A stretch of 64,000 nucleotides of DNA from Planctomycetota bacterium. GTDB taxonomy: Bacteria > Planctomycetota > GCA-002687715 > CAIWVZ01. The DNA is taken from contig JBGANV010000002.1 in assembly GCA_044222185.1 (NCBI GenBank), positions 288,001-352,000 on the forward strand. The letters are read 5' to 3'. The notes under the pieces are model-generated. The model was not told the DNA's origin. It was given only the letters and a program-made list of their open reading frames with translations, and ran no database searches. Shown here piece by piece: positions 9,347 to 18,990 of this stretch. Every line of letters begins with the position of its first letter. Within the stretch, counting starts at the first letter, position 1. The translations under genes were made by a program, and so were the position numbers.

Positions 9347-11848
9347 ATGATCGAAATGGACCGCACACACTCGCCCGATACGCCGAGCTCGTGGTTCGAG
9401 GACGACGCGACCTTCGCGGCCGTCGTCCGCGAGGCTCTGCGCGACGACTCGCCGACGCCCGGCGTACCAGGATGCAGCGAGCTGCGAGAGATCGGGCGCG
9501 GCGGTCAGGGCGTCGTCTACGCCGCGGTCCAGACGGCCACGCGGCGCCGAGTCGCCATCAAGGTGCTGACGGACGCGCCCGGCCGAACGCGCAGCGCGCG
9601 CATGCGGTTCGAGCGCGAACTCGAGCTCGTGGCGTCGCTGCACGATCCGCGGCTCGTCCAGATCTTCGACGGCGGCACGACGGACGACGGGCGTCCCTTC
9701 GTCGTCATGGAACTCGTCGACGGCGTCCGCATCGACGAGAGCCCACTCGTCCTGGCCGCCCGGGCGAGCGGCTTCGCGCGCCCCGCGGCGGATCCCGTGG
9801 TGTCGCTGTTCGCCGACGTGTGCGAGGGCCTCGATCACGCGCACCGGCGTGGCGTGATCCATCGAGACCTGAAGCCATCGAACATCTTCGTCGACCCGAC
9901 GGGGACTCCCCGCGTCCTCGACTTCGGACTCGCCAAGGCCGCCGGCCTGGCGGGCGAAGGATTCGCCACGACGACCGGCGCGCGGTTCGTCGGCTCGCTT
10001 CCGTGGACGAGCCCCGAACAGGCCGGGGGCCGGCTCGACGCCGTGGACGTCCGCTCGGACGTCTATGCACTCGGCGCCACGCTCTACAACCTCGTGACGG
10101 GTCGCCCGCCGTGCCCGACGGACCTGGATCTGCGGCGCGCGCTCGACGCCGTCATCCACGATTCGCCGACTGCGCCCGCGCGACTCGACCCGCGATGCGA
10201 TCGCGATCTCGAGGCCGTGATCCTGCGCGCGCTCGAGAAGGACCCGGACAAGCGCTACCCCACGGCCGGCGAGATGGGTCGCGACTTGCGTCGGATCCTC
10301 GCGGGCGAGCCCCTCGATGCGCGGCGGGACAACGCGTGGCGGACTCTCGTCAAGCTCGCGAAGCGCCGCCGCCGCCTCGCCATCGGCGCCTCGATCCTCG
10401 CCGTCGCCGCCGTCGCGGTGTTCATCACCACGTGGTCGCTGTGGCGACGTGCCGTCTCCGAGTCGAGGCGCGCCGAAGATTCGCTCGCGTTCTTCCTCGA
10501 CGCCATCGGATCCGTCGACCCGGCGCGCGATGGCGCCGACGCCAAGCTCGCGGATGCACTCGATCGGGTCTCGGCCGATCTCGATCGGCGGCTCGGCGAC
10601 GATGAACGGGATGCGAAACTCAAGTTCCGGATCAGACTGCGGGATCTCTACATTCGCCTCGCGCGCTACGACCGAGCGCTCGCCGAGGCGGAGGCCGTGG
10701 TGGCGCTTCAGCGCGGCGTCGAGCACGCGCCGGGGTCGGCCGAGTCCCGCTCGTACTGGAACGGCGAGGTCCAACGCGGCCTCATCCTCCACAACCTTCG
10801 ACGGGATCGGGATGCGCTGCCCGTCTACAAGGCGAGCTACGAGGGACTGCGCGCTGGGTTCGGCGACGCCGACGGCGACGCGCTCGGGGCGCTCGCGGGC
10901 ATGGGCCAGGTGCTGAAGGGCCTGGGGCAGTTCGACGACGCAGAGCGGGCGCTCCGCGAAGTGATGAGGTTCACCGATGGCCAGTTGCAGACCGAGCGGC
11001 AGTCCCTGTCGCGGGCGCTGGCCGCGGACAACCTGTCGGCGATCGCCGGCATGTTCGGGCGCTTCGACGAGGCCGAGCAGCATCAGCGCGAGACGCTCCG
11101 CCTGTTCACTCTCGTGCAAGGCGAGATGGGGCCGGATGCGCTCGGTGCCGAGTCGAACCTCGGGAGCCTTCTCGCAAACATGCAGCGCTACGCGGACGCC
11201 GAGCGCGTGCTCGCGTCCACCGTCACGAAGATGAAGCAGCGGTTCGGTGCGCGCCACCCGATGACGCTCACGACGATCCACAGTCTGGGCGTCGCACTCT
11301 CGGGCGCCGGTCGGCTCCCGGAGGCGGACACCGTGCTGCGCGAGGCGTACGAGGGGCGCGTCGCCGCTCTCGGCGCCGATGCGAGCGACACGTTGTCGAC
11401 GCTCAACGAGCTGGCTCTGAGCGCCGAACGGGGCGGCAAGCTGGACGAAGCCGAGCGATTGCTTCAGTTGCGGCTCGAGAGTGGACGCAGGGTGATGCGG
11501 ACGCAGCCGCTGGACGGGTTGAGCGCGCTGTCCGATCTCGGGTGGTTCCTCTGCCTCCGCGGCCGCCCTGGCGACGCGCGTCCGCTCTTCGAAGAGCTGT
11601 GCACCACGGCCGCGGGGATCCTTCCTCCGGGCCATTGGCTGAACGCCGACTACTCGGCGAACTACGCACGCTGCCTCACCGATCTCGAGCAATTCGATCA
11701 GGCCGCGGAACGACTGAAGGCGGCGCACGCCGCGCTTTCAGAGAAGCTGGGACCGAACGACGGGCGGACGACGCGGATCTCCAAGTTGATCGACCGCAAC
11801 GCGCGACGTCGCACTGAAGCGGCCACGCGGCCATCCTCGCGTCCCTGA
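9347..11848 (+). CDS. Hanks-type Ser/Thr protein kinase with TM helix and TPR repeats
   Basis: GRGGQG, VAIK, HRDLKPSN, DFG, SPEQ and DVYALG motifs. Hydrophobic helix followed by kinesin-light-chain-like TPRs (HPMTLTTIHSLG). Confidence 0.93.
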   Translation: MIEMDRTHSPDTPSSWFEDDATFAAVVREALRDDSPTPGVPGCSELREIGRGGQGVVYAAVQTATRRRVAIKVLTDAPGRTRSARMRFERELELVASLHDPRLVQIFDGGTTDDGRPFVVMELVDGVRIDESPLVLAARASGFARPAADPVVSLFADVCEGLDHAHRRGVIHRDLKPSNIFVDPTGTPRVLDFGLAKAAGLAGEGFATTTGARFVGSLPWTSPEQAGGRLDAVDVRSDVYALGATLYNLVTGRPPCPTDLDLRRALDAVIHDSPTAPARLDPRCDRDLEAVILRALEKDPDKRYPTAGEMGRDLRRILAGEPLDARRDNAWRTLVKLAKRRRRLAIGASILAVAAVAVFITTWSLWRRAVSESRRAEDSLAFFLDAIGSVDPARDGADAKLADALDRVSADLDRRLGDDERDAKLKFRIRLRDLYIRLARYDRALAEAEAVVALQRGVEHAPGSAESRSYWNGEVQRGLILHNLRRDRDALPVYKASYEGLRAGFGDADGDALGALAGMGQVLKGLGQFDDAERALREVMRFTDGQLQTERQSLSRALAADNLSAIAGMFGRFDEAEQHQRETLRLFTLVQGEMGPDALGAESNLGSLLANMQRYADAERVLASTVTKMKQRFGARHPMTLTTIHSLGVALSGAGRLPEADTVLREAYEGRVAALGADASDTLSTLNELALSAERGGKLDEAERLLQLRLESGRRVMRTQPLDGLSALSDLGWFLCLRGRPGDARPLFEELCTTAAGILPPGHWLNADYSANYARCLTDLEQFDQAAERLKAAHAALSEKLGPNDGRTTRISKLIDRNARRRTEAATRPSSRP

Positions 11849-11954
11849 TGCGCGAGGCCCCTGCAGCCTAAGCTCCCAGCTCAGGTCGATTCGCGACGCT
11901 TCCCGTCAGGCGTTGGTTTTGGCCCGGAGCACGCCCGCCCGGTACTCTTCTGGC

Positions 11955-12548
11955 GTGCCTCTGGACGTCTCCACACATGCCAGTCTGCTCGCCAAGCTTC
12001 GCGAGACGGGCGACGCCTCCGCCTGGCGTGAGTTCGACGATCGCTACCGCGAGCTGGTTTTTTCGTTCGCTCGCCGCCGCGGATTCCAACCGGCCGACGC
12101 CGACGACGTCGCGCAAGAGACGTTGTCGATCGTGCTTCGCGCGATCGGCCGGTTCGAGTACGACCCGAACAAGGGTCGCTTCCGAGGATGGCTCAAGACG
12201 ACGGCGCTGCACGTGATGATGAAGCACGCTCGTCCCGGCGTCGATGCGCTCGATCGCGCCCGCGACGGGACCTCGGTCGTCGGTGAAACTCCGTCCGATG
12301 CCGACGCCGATGCAGCCTGGGAAGTCGAGTGGCGCCGTTATCACATCCGCGTCGCCACGGCGAAGGTCCGCGGCGAGTTCAACGGCAAGGACTTCATGGC
12401 GTTCGAACGCTGCACGGTCGGGGGCGAGTCGGCGTCCGACGTGGCGACGGCGCTCGGCCTCTCCGTCGATTCGATCTACCAGGCCAAGTCCCGAATCCTC
12501 CGCCGCCTTCGCGAGCACGTGGAGTCGCAGGTCGCGGAAGAAGGTTGA
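11955..12548 (+). CDS. ECF-family sigma-70 factor
   Basis: STHASLLAKLR, AWREFDDRY, DADDVAQE, GRFRGWL, and a region-4 HTH (DVATALGLSVDSIYQAKSRILRRLR). Start uncertain (11913 TTG or 11955 GTG). Confidence 0.9.
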   Translation: MPLDVSTHASLLAKLRETGDASAWREFDDRYRELVFSFARRRGFQPADADDVAQETLSIVLRAIGRFEYDPNKGRFRGWLKTTALHVMMKHARPGVDALDRARDGTSVVGETPSDADADAAWEVEWRRYHIRVATAKVRGEFNGKDFMAFERCTVGGESASDVATALGLSVDSIYQAKSRILRRLREHVESQVAEEG

Positions 12549-12577
12549 CGCGCAGATCTCTGACCCGGAGCGGATCG

Positions 12578-12946
12578 TCGAAGGAGCGCCAGTCTTCCGC
12601 CGTCCCGGCGGAGACTGGCCGGATCTCCGCGCGTCCCGCGCGGGCCAACCGGCGTCGATCGCGGTGCGGTGCGAGATCACTGGTGGCTGAATGATCCTCG
12701 AACGTCCCGCGGCGAATCGACGGTCGCCGGACCGGACGCCGCCGCTGCCGCGGCGGGTCGACCAGCGCTCCGTACGCGATCGTTCGAGAGGCGGGCGACT
12801 CCCGGGTTGCGGGTCTCGGGTTGCCGCGCAATCGCGTCGGCATTCGAAGGAGCGCCAGTCTTCCGCCGTCCCGGCGGAGACTGGCCGGATCTCCGCGCGT
12901 CTCGCGCGGGCCAACCGGCATCGATCGCGGTGCGGTGCGAGATCAC
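12578..12946. repeat. Two direct 103-bp REP-like repeats (12578-12680, 12844-12946)
   Basis: TCGAAGGAGCGCCAGTCTTCCGCCGTCCCGGCGGAGACTGGCC...GAGATCAC occurs twice, near-identical. GGAGC head followed by a long hairpin. Confidence 0.9.
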
Positions 12947-13000
12947 CCGCCTCGCCCCGACCTTCGACGACGCCGACGCCGCGCTCTACAATCGGCTCCC

Positions 13001-13354
13001 ATGAGCGCTCCCGCGGTGCGACGATTTGGTTCGGTGATCGGAGTCAGGGCCGAGCGGCTCGACGAGTACAAGCGGCTGCATGCCGACGTCTGGCCGGGCG
13101 TCCTCGCGCGCATTCGCGAGTCGAACATCCGCAACTACTCGATCTACCTGCGCCGCCTCCCCGACGGCGAGCATTACCTCTTCAGTCATTTCGAGTACAC
13201 CGGCACCGACTACGACGCCGACATGGCGAAGATCGCCGCGGACCCCGAGACCCAGCGCTGGTGGACGTTCTGCGAGCCTTGTCAGAAACCGCTGCCCGAC
13301 CGCGCGCCCGGCGAATGGTGGGCCAGCATGGAAGAGGTCTTCCACTGCGAGTGA
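13001..13354 (+). CDS. L-rhamnose/L-fucose mutarotase family protein
   Basis: EYKRLHADVWP, IRNYSIYL, TQRWW and MEEVFH motifs typical of RhaM-like proteins. Confidence 0.88.
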   Translation: MSAPAVRRFGSVIGVRAERLDEYKRLHADVWPGVLARIRESNIRNYSIYLRRLPDGEHYLFSHFEYTGTDYDADMAKIAADPETQRWWTFCEPCQKPLPDRAPGEWWASMEEVFHCE

Positions 13355-13357
13355 CAG

Positions 13358-14227
13358 ATGCCCGTCATCGACGCCCACCAGCACTTCTGGGACCCGAACC
13401 GCGTGGCCTATCCGTGGCTCACGCCCAAGCACGGACCGCTCTACCGCGCCTTCGCGCCAGCGGACCTCGTTCCTGAAATTGCCGCCGCGGGCATCGACGG
13501 CACGGTGCTCGTGCAGGCCGCGGATTCGAACGAGGACACCGAATCCATGCTCGCCATCGCCGCGGAACACGACTTCGTGCGCGGCGTCGTCGCGTGGATT
13601 CCGCTGCTGGATCCGCCCGCCGCGAAGTCGGCGCTGGACCGTCTGCGCGCCAATTCCAAGGTCCGCGGAATCCGTCACCTCATCCACGACGAGCCCGACC
13701 CCGATTGGCTCGATCGCCCGACCGTCCAGCAGAGCCTCGCGCACGTGGCCGCGAGTGGACTCACGTTCGACGTCGTCTCCGCACTCCCCCGTCACCTCGA
13801 GCTCGTGATGGCGATCGCCGAGCGGTTGCCCCACCTCCGTCTGGTGCTCGATCACCTCTCGCGCCCGCCGATCCGGTCACGCGGGTGGGAGCCCTGGGCG
13901 ACGGTCATGGCGCGGTGCGCTGAATACCCCAACGTCTTCGCCAAGGTGTCCGGTCTCGGCACGGAGGCCGATTGGTCGACCTGGACCGCCGCCGACCTTT
14001 CGCCCTACGTCGAACATGCCCGCCGCTGCTTCGGCGCACAGCGTCTCATGTTCGGCTCCGACTGGCCCGTGGCGCTCCTCGCCGGTGACTACGCACGCGT
14101 CGTCCGCGAAACGCGCGCCTGCGTCGCCCACTGGTCCGCAGCCGAGCAGCGCTCGCTGTTCGGCGCGACGGCGGCGGCGTTCTATGGGATCCCGCGCGCG
14201 GTGGCGAGCGGCGGCTCCACCGCCTGA
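13358..14227 (+). CDS. Amidohydrolase-2 family sugar lactonase (L-fucono-1,5-lactonase-like)
   Basis: IDAHQHFW, VLVQA, GIRH, VLDHL, AKVSG and MFGSDWPV motifs. Translationally adjacent to the mutarotase. Confidence 0.88.
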   Translation: MPVIDAHQHFWDPNRVAYPWLTPKHGPLYRAFAPADLVPEIAAAGIDGTVLVQAADSNEDTESMLAIAAEHDFVRGVVAWIPLLDPPAAKSALDRLRANSKVRGIRHLIHDEPDPDWLDRPTVQQSLAHVAASGLTFDVVSALPRHLELVMAIAERLPHLRLVLDHLSRPPIRSRGWEPWATVMARCAEYPNVFAKVSGLGTEADWSTWTAADLSPYVEHARRCFGAQRLMFGSDWPVALLAGDYARVVRETRACVAHWSAAEQRSLFGATAAAFYGIPRAVASGGSTA

Positions 14228-14228
14228 G

Positions 14229-14840
14229 TCAGGGCACCGGCGCCCCCGCCTCGACCCACGCGGCGAAGTGGCGCGCGAACTCGGAGTGTGAAAGCGGCGG
14301 CAGCGATCGGCCCTCGCCGGGGTTCCAGCTGCCGAGCACGAGCGCGTCGTGCGTCACGTGATCGACGAGCTGTGCCAGCGACCGTCCCTTGGTCTGTGAA
14401 GGCTCCTTGAACTGAAGGGCCAGCTCTCGAGCGGAGCGTCCTTGGAAGATCATGGGTGCTTCGGGCGGAGGCAGGTGCCACTCGGGATTCCCGGGAGGCA
14501 TGTGCGCTCCGGGCACGTTCTCGGCCTGGTGGCACGCCGAGCAGGTCATGCCGAAGCGGCCATTTCCCGCCGGACCTCGCTTCACTCCCTGCGGGTGCGG
14601 ATGACTGTCGTCGCCCACGAGAGGCACGTCCCCCGCGGGATGACAGTTCATGCATCGTGGATGCATGAAGACCGGATAGGCCGCGAGGAACGAGTCCCAC
14701 GATCCGGAGGCGCTCCTGGCGGGCGTGATCGCGGTCGCTGACCCACGTTCGTCGGTTCGCTCCGATGCGCAGGCGGCAGCGAGCACGAAGACGACGGCGA
14801 TCCAGCCGGCGTGTTCCAGATTCCTGCGGCTCGTCTTCAT
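14229..14840 (-). CDS. Di-heme c-type cytochrome lipoprotein associated with isoquinoline-oxidoreductase-type enzymes
   Basis: HPRCMNCH and CSACH heme motifs, lipobox LAAAC. Start overlaps the stop of the molybdopterin subunit. Confidence 0.8.
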   Translation of the reverse strand: MKTSRRNLEHAGWIAVVFVLAAACASERTDERGSATAITPARSASGSWDSFLAAYPVFMHPRCMNCHPAGDVPLVGDDSHPHPQGVKRGPAGNGRFGMTCSACHQAENVPGAHMPPGNPEWHLPPPEAPMIFQGRSARELALQFKEPSQTKGRSLAQLVDHVTHDALVLGSWNPGEGRSLPPLSHSEFARHFAAWVEAGAPVP

Positions 14841-17011
14841 CGGAGGTCCTCCGCGCGAATCGGGAGACGACGAATGCGTTTGCCCGTCACCGCGAACAAC
14901 GCGTTCGCGAGCGCGGGCGCAACGGGAGGAACGCAGGGTTCGCCGACGCCTCCCATCTTCTCGCCGCTGTCCATCACGTGAGCTTCGACGGTCGGCATCT
15001 CGTTCATGCGCAGGATCGGATAGTCACGGAAGTTGCTCTGCTCGACGCGACCCTTGGCGAACGTGATCTCGCCGAAGAGCGCCGCCGAAAGCGCGAACGT
15101 CGTTCCGCCTTCGACCTGGGCCTTGGCCGCGTCCGGATTGACGACGGTTCCCGGGTCGATGACGCCGACGACGCGGTGGACGCGCGGTCGCCCGTCGGGC
15201 CCCACCGACGCTTCGACGACCGCGGCGCCGACGCTCTCGAACGAAGCGTGCATGGCGATGCCGCGCCCGCGTCCCGCGGCCAGGGGCCCACCCCAACCCG
15301 ACTTCGCCGCCACGAGGTCGAGCACACGCAAGAGCCGCGGCTGCTTCGCCAGGAGCGCGCGACGAAACGCCACGGGATCCTGCCCGGCTGCGTGCGCCAT
15401 CTCGTCGACGAGGGTCTCGACGACGAACGCCGTGTGCGAGTGTCCGACGGATCGCCACCAGAGCACCGGCACGACGCCGGGCGCCCGCATCCACTCGATG
15501 CGGACGTTGGGGATGGCGTAGGGCAGCTCCCGCACGCCTTCGACGGCCGTGTCGTCCACGCCGTCCTTCACGGTGAACGCCTCGAAGGGCGTCCCTGCCA
15601 TCAGCGATTGACTGGTGGTTCGGTGCGACCACGCCGTCGGCATTCCCGACGCATCGAACGCGATCGTGACCGCGTGATGCGCCCGCGGCCGGTAGTACCC
15701 GCCGCGCATGTCGTCCTCGCGCGTCCAGATGACCTTGACGGGTCGACCGACGGCCTTCGAGAGCTGCACCGCCTCCCGAACGAAGTGCGAGTCGACGACG
15801 GCCCGTCGCCCAAAACCTCCGCCGAGGAGCGTCGTGTGCAGCTTGACCTGCTCCTTCGGCAATCCGGCCTCTTCGGCGGCCGCGTCGCGATCACCCGTCT
15901 GGAATTGCGTTCCGACCCACACCTCGGCGCCATCGCGGCGAACGTCGGCGACGCAGTTGAGCGGCTCCATGGGGGCGTGGGCCAGATAGGGAAGGTCATA
16001 GACGGCCTCGATCGTGCGTGCCGCCTTTGCGATGGCGCCGGGGGCATCGCCGTCGTTGCGCGCCACCGCGCCCGGCCCGCGGGCGAGGGTCGCGTACTCC
16101 TCACCCTGGGTCTTCGAATCGAGCGCGCCCTGCGGACCGTCATCCCATTGGATCTTCAGCGCGTCGCGGCCGAGGCGCGCCGCGTGGAATCCGTCGGCGA
16201 CGACGGCAACCCCGCGCGGAATGGCGATGACATCCTTCACGCCGGGTGTGGCCTTCGCCACGTCCGCATCGAAGGAGATCATCCTCCCACCGAACACCGG
16301 CGGCCTGGCAATCACCGCCACGAGCATCCCCGGCAGCCGCACGTCCATGCCGAACACGGCGCGGCCGTTCGTCTTGTCCGGCGTGTCGACGCGATTCGTG
16401 ACGCGCCCGACGATCGTGAACGTCTTGGGATCCTTCAGCTCCACGTCCTTGGGCGGAGTCAGTCGCGCCGCCTCGCGCGCGAGACTGCCGAACGACGCGT
16501 GGCGCTTCGTGTTCGGGTGATGGACGTGACCGCGCTCGGCCCGGCATTCGGTCGTCGCGACGCCCCACCGCTGCGCCGCCGCGGCGACGAGCATCACGCG
16601 GGCGGACGCTCCCGCCTTTCGGAGCCGCTCGAACTCCGTCCACGTGCTCGTGCTGCCTCCGGTCATCTGCACGCCGTAGACGGTGTGGTTGTACGCCGGA
16701 TCCACGGGCGCCGACTCGGCGCGCACCTTCGACCAGTCGGCCTCCATCTCCTCGCTGACGAGCATGGCGGCCGTCGTGTACGTCCCCTGCCCCATCTCCG
16801 AGTGCGGCACGAGCACCGTCACCGTGTCGTCCTCGCCCACGCGAACGAAGGCGTTCGGCGCGAAGGGCTTACCGGATGCTTCCGGGCGCCCAGCACCCGC
16901 GGTGGCGCACCCGGCCGGCATGGTGACGCCGAGCAGGAGGCCACCGGCCGCGAGCGCGCCGAACCGCAGGAAATCCCGCCGACTGTGGCTCAAGTTGAGC
17001 ACGCCGCTCAT
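14837..17011 (-). CDS. Xanthine dehydrogenase family molybdopterin-binding subunit (IorB-like), Tat-exported
   Basis: Tat motif [41 protein letters not shown] and GGVGEP. Confidence 0.92.
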   Translation of the reverse strand: MSGVLNLSHSRRDFLRFGALAAGGLLLGVTMPAGCATAGAGRPEASGKPFAPNAFVRVGEDDTVTVLVPHSEMGQGTYTTAAMLVSEEMEADWSKVRAESAPVDPAYNHTVYGVQMTGGSTSTWTEFERLRKAGASARVMLVAAAAQRWGVATTECRAERGHVHHPNTKRHASFGSLAREAARLTPPKDVELKDPKTFTIVGRVTNRVDTPDKTNGRAVFGMDVRLPGMLVAVIARPPVFGGRMISFDADVAKATPGVKDVIAIPRGVAVVADGFHAARLGRDALKIQWDDGPQGALDSKTQGEEYATLARGPGAVARNDGDAPGAIAKAARTIEAVYDLPYLAHAPMEPLNCVADVRRDGAEVWVGTQFQTGDRDAAAEEAGLPKEQVKLHTTLLGGGFGRRAVVDSHFVREAVQLSKAVGRPVKVIWTREDDMRGGYYRPRAHHAVTIAFDASGMPTAWSHRTTSQSLMAGTPFEAFTVKDGVDDTAVEGVRELPYAIPNVRIEWMRAPGVVPVLWWRSVGHSHTAFVVETLVDEMAHAAGQDPVAFRRALLAKQPRLLRVLDLVAAKSGWGGPLAAGRGRGIAMHASFESVGAAVVEASVGPDGRPRVHRVVGVIDPGTVVNPDAAKAQVEGGTTFALSAALFGEITFAKGRVEQSNFRDYPILRMNEMPTVEAHVMDSGEKMGGVGEPCVPPVAPALANALFAVTGKRIRRLPIRAEDLR

Positions 17012-17478
17012 TTGGGGGCTCCCGTGCGCAGCGAATCGGCAGCGCGGTGGATCGCCGTCCGGATCCGACAGTAGGTTCCGCACCGGCAGAGGTTGCCCGA
17101 CATGGCGTCGTCGATGTCGTCGTCCGACGGTGATTTCGTTTCGGCGAGGAGGATTGCCGCGGACATGATCTGCCCCGATTGGCAGTAGCCGCATTGGGGC
17201 ACCTCCTCGGCGACCCAGGCGGATCTCAGCGCCGCGCCCGCGGGAGTTTCGAGCCCCTCGATGGTGACGACGCGCTTCCCCACGGCGCGCGAGACGGGCG
17301 CCACGCACGAGCGGACCGCCTCCCCGTCGATGTGCACCGTGCACGCTCCGCAGAGCGCGACGCCGCACCCGAACTTGGTTCCCGTGAGTCCGAGGGTCTC
17401 GCGCAGCACCCAAAGAAGCGGCGTGTCGGGCCGTACGTCGGCAGTGACCGCGTTCCCGTTGACGTTCAGTTCAAGCAT
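17008..17478 (-). CDS. 2Fe-2S subunit (IorA-like)
   Basis: [24 protein letters not shown] and NLCRCGTY motifs. Confidence 0.93.
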   Translation of the reverse strand: MLELNVNGNAVTADVRPDTPLLWVLRETLGLTGTKFGCGVALCGACTVHIDGEAVRSCVAPVSRAVGKRVVTIEGLETPAGAALRSAWVAEEVPQCGYCQSGQIMSAAILLAETKSPSDDDIDDAMSGNLCRCGTYCRIRTAIHRAADSLRTGAPK

Positions 17479-17536
17479 CGGGTCGGCCTTTCCCTTGTCG
17501 GCGAAGCGACGCCGATTGTAGGCGTGAGCCGAGTCA

Positions 17537-18745
17537 ATGACAGAGCCGACGTGTGCGACTAGAATGCCCGCCATGTTCACCCGTGACTCCGTGCTCTCGG
17601 CCGTCACCACGATCGCTCACGGGTTCGCGTCTCAGCGAAGCCTGCGCCAGCAGCGGCGCGAGCTCGACGCCTTGGATTTCGACGCCCTTCGACAGGCAGG
17701 CTTCGCGCGAGCGACCATTCCAGTGGAATCGGGCGGACTCTTCACGGACACGCGCGGATCGGTGCGCTTCCTCGCTGAGCTGTTGCGAATCCTCGCCACG
17801 GGTGATTCGTCCGTGGCCCTCGTCGCCGCCATGCATCCGGCCGTGATCTCGTACTGGCTCGTGCTCGCCGAGATCGCCGGCGCCAAGCGCGAGCAATGGA
17901 TCGCACAGAGGGATCGCATCTCGCTTGCCGTGCGGGGCGGTGCATGGTTCGGGACGATCACCTCTGAACCCGGCAGCGGCGGAGACATCGCGAAGACCAA
18001 GGCCGTGGCCATCCCGGGCGCCGACGGCGGACCCTGGGAGCTCACCGGGGCGAAGCACTTCGGGAGCGGCTCAGGAATCACGTCGTTCATGGTGACGACG
18101 GCGCGGGTCGGCGGGATCGGGGCTCCGGACATCTTCCTGTTGGACACCCGCACGACGGATTGGAGCGGGGCGTCAGGAATGAAGCTCGTCGCTCCCTGGG
18201 ACGGTCACGGGATGACGGCGACCCAGAGCCACGCGTTCCAGTTCACGTCCTTTCCGGCCGAGCGCCACGCGTTCGCCGACAGTCTGGAGTTCATCCTCGC
18301 GGCTTCCGGAGGCTTCATCGGCTGCCTGTTCGCCGCTGTTTTCGTGGGAATCGTCGAGACGGCAGTGGCCGAGGCCGAGCGAGCTCTGACCCCGCGCCGT
18401 GCCGACCTGCGCCCCTTCGAGCAGTTCGCATGGACACAGGCGGTGACCGATGCGTGGCTCGTGCGGCAGGCCTATGAAGGGATGCTGCGCTCGGTCGAAG
18501 CCGACGGCGGTACGCCCGTGGACGTGCTGCGCGGCAAGGCGGCCATCGCCGAACTCGCCGAATCGACGCTCCGCAACCTCTGCACCGTCGTCGGCGGCGG
18601 GACGTACTCGCGTCGTTCGCCGTTCGGGTTCTGGTTCGAGGACGTACGTGCGCTCGGGTTTCTGCGCCCGCCGCTCCCCCTCCTTCACGACCGACTGTTC
18701 CGCGCGTCGTTCGCTGCGACGGCGTCGAGCGCGCAGGACGTGTGA
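17537..18745 (+). CDS. Acyl-CoA dehydrogenase-fold flavoprotein
   Basis: [33 protein letters not shown] and GGGTY motifs. Start may be 17564 or 17573. Confidence 0.8.
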   Translation: MTEPTCATRMPAMFTRDSVLSAVTTIAHGFASQRSLRQQRRELDALDFDALRQAGFARATIPVESGGLFTDTRGSVRFLAELLRILATGDSSVALVAAMHPAVISYWLVLAEIAGAKREQWIAQRDRISLAVRGGAWFGTITSEPGSGGDIAKTKAVAIPGADGGPWELTGAKHFGSGSGITSFMVTTARVGGIGAPDIFLLDTRTTDWSGASGMKLVAPWDGHGMTATQSHAFQFTSFPAERHAFADSLEFILAASGGFIGCLFAAVFVGIVETAVAEAERALTPRRADLRPFEQFAWTQAVTDAWLVRQAYEGMLRSVEADGGTPVDVLRGKAAIAELAESTLRNLCTVVGGGTYSRRSPFGFWFEDVRALGFLRPPLPLLHDRLFRASFAATASSAQDV

Positions 18746-18990
18746 ACTCGAAGCTCAGCGGACCGTGTAGCCGATCGGCGTGGAGATGCAGCCCACGGCT
18801 GCCCCCGTCACGTCGACGCTGATCGCGCCGCGCGAACGACCCGGCGGCAGGCTGAAGGGACCGAACGTCGCGGTCGTCGACGAACCCCGTGGGTCAGATG
18901 TCCACGACCTGCCAGCCCGGACCGCCAAAGCGCGCGCACCGGGCGCCGCGGCGTTTCGCAGGCTGCCTCTCGCTCACGCACGGTCTCGTT

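Noticed and set aside
6361-9366. Very long antisense ORFs (e.g. 6361-9366, 9194-11728, 18889-21975, 35788-38964, 59777-62485)
   Set aside because: They are shadow frames opposite well-supported genes, expected from high-GC codon bias.
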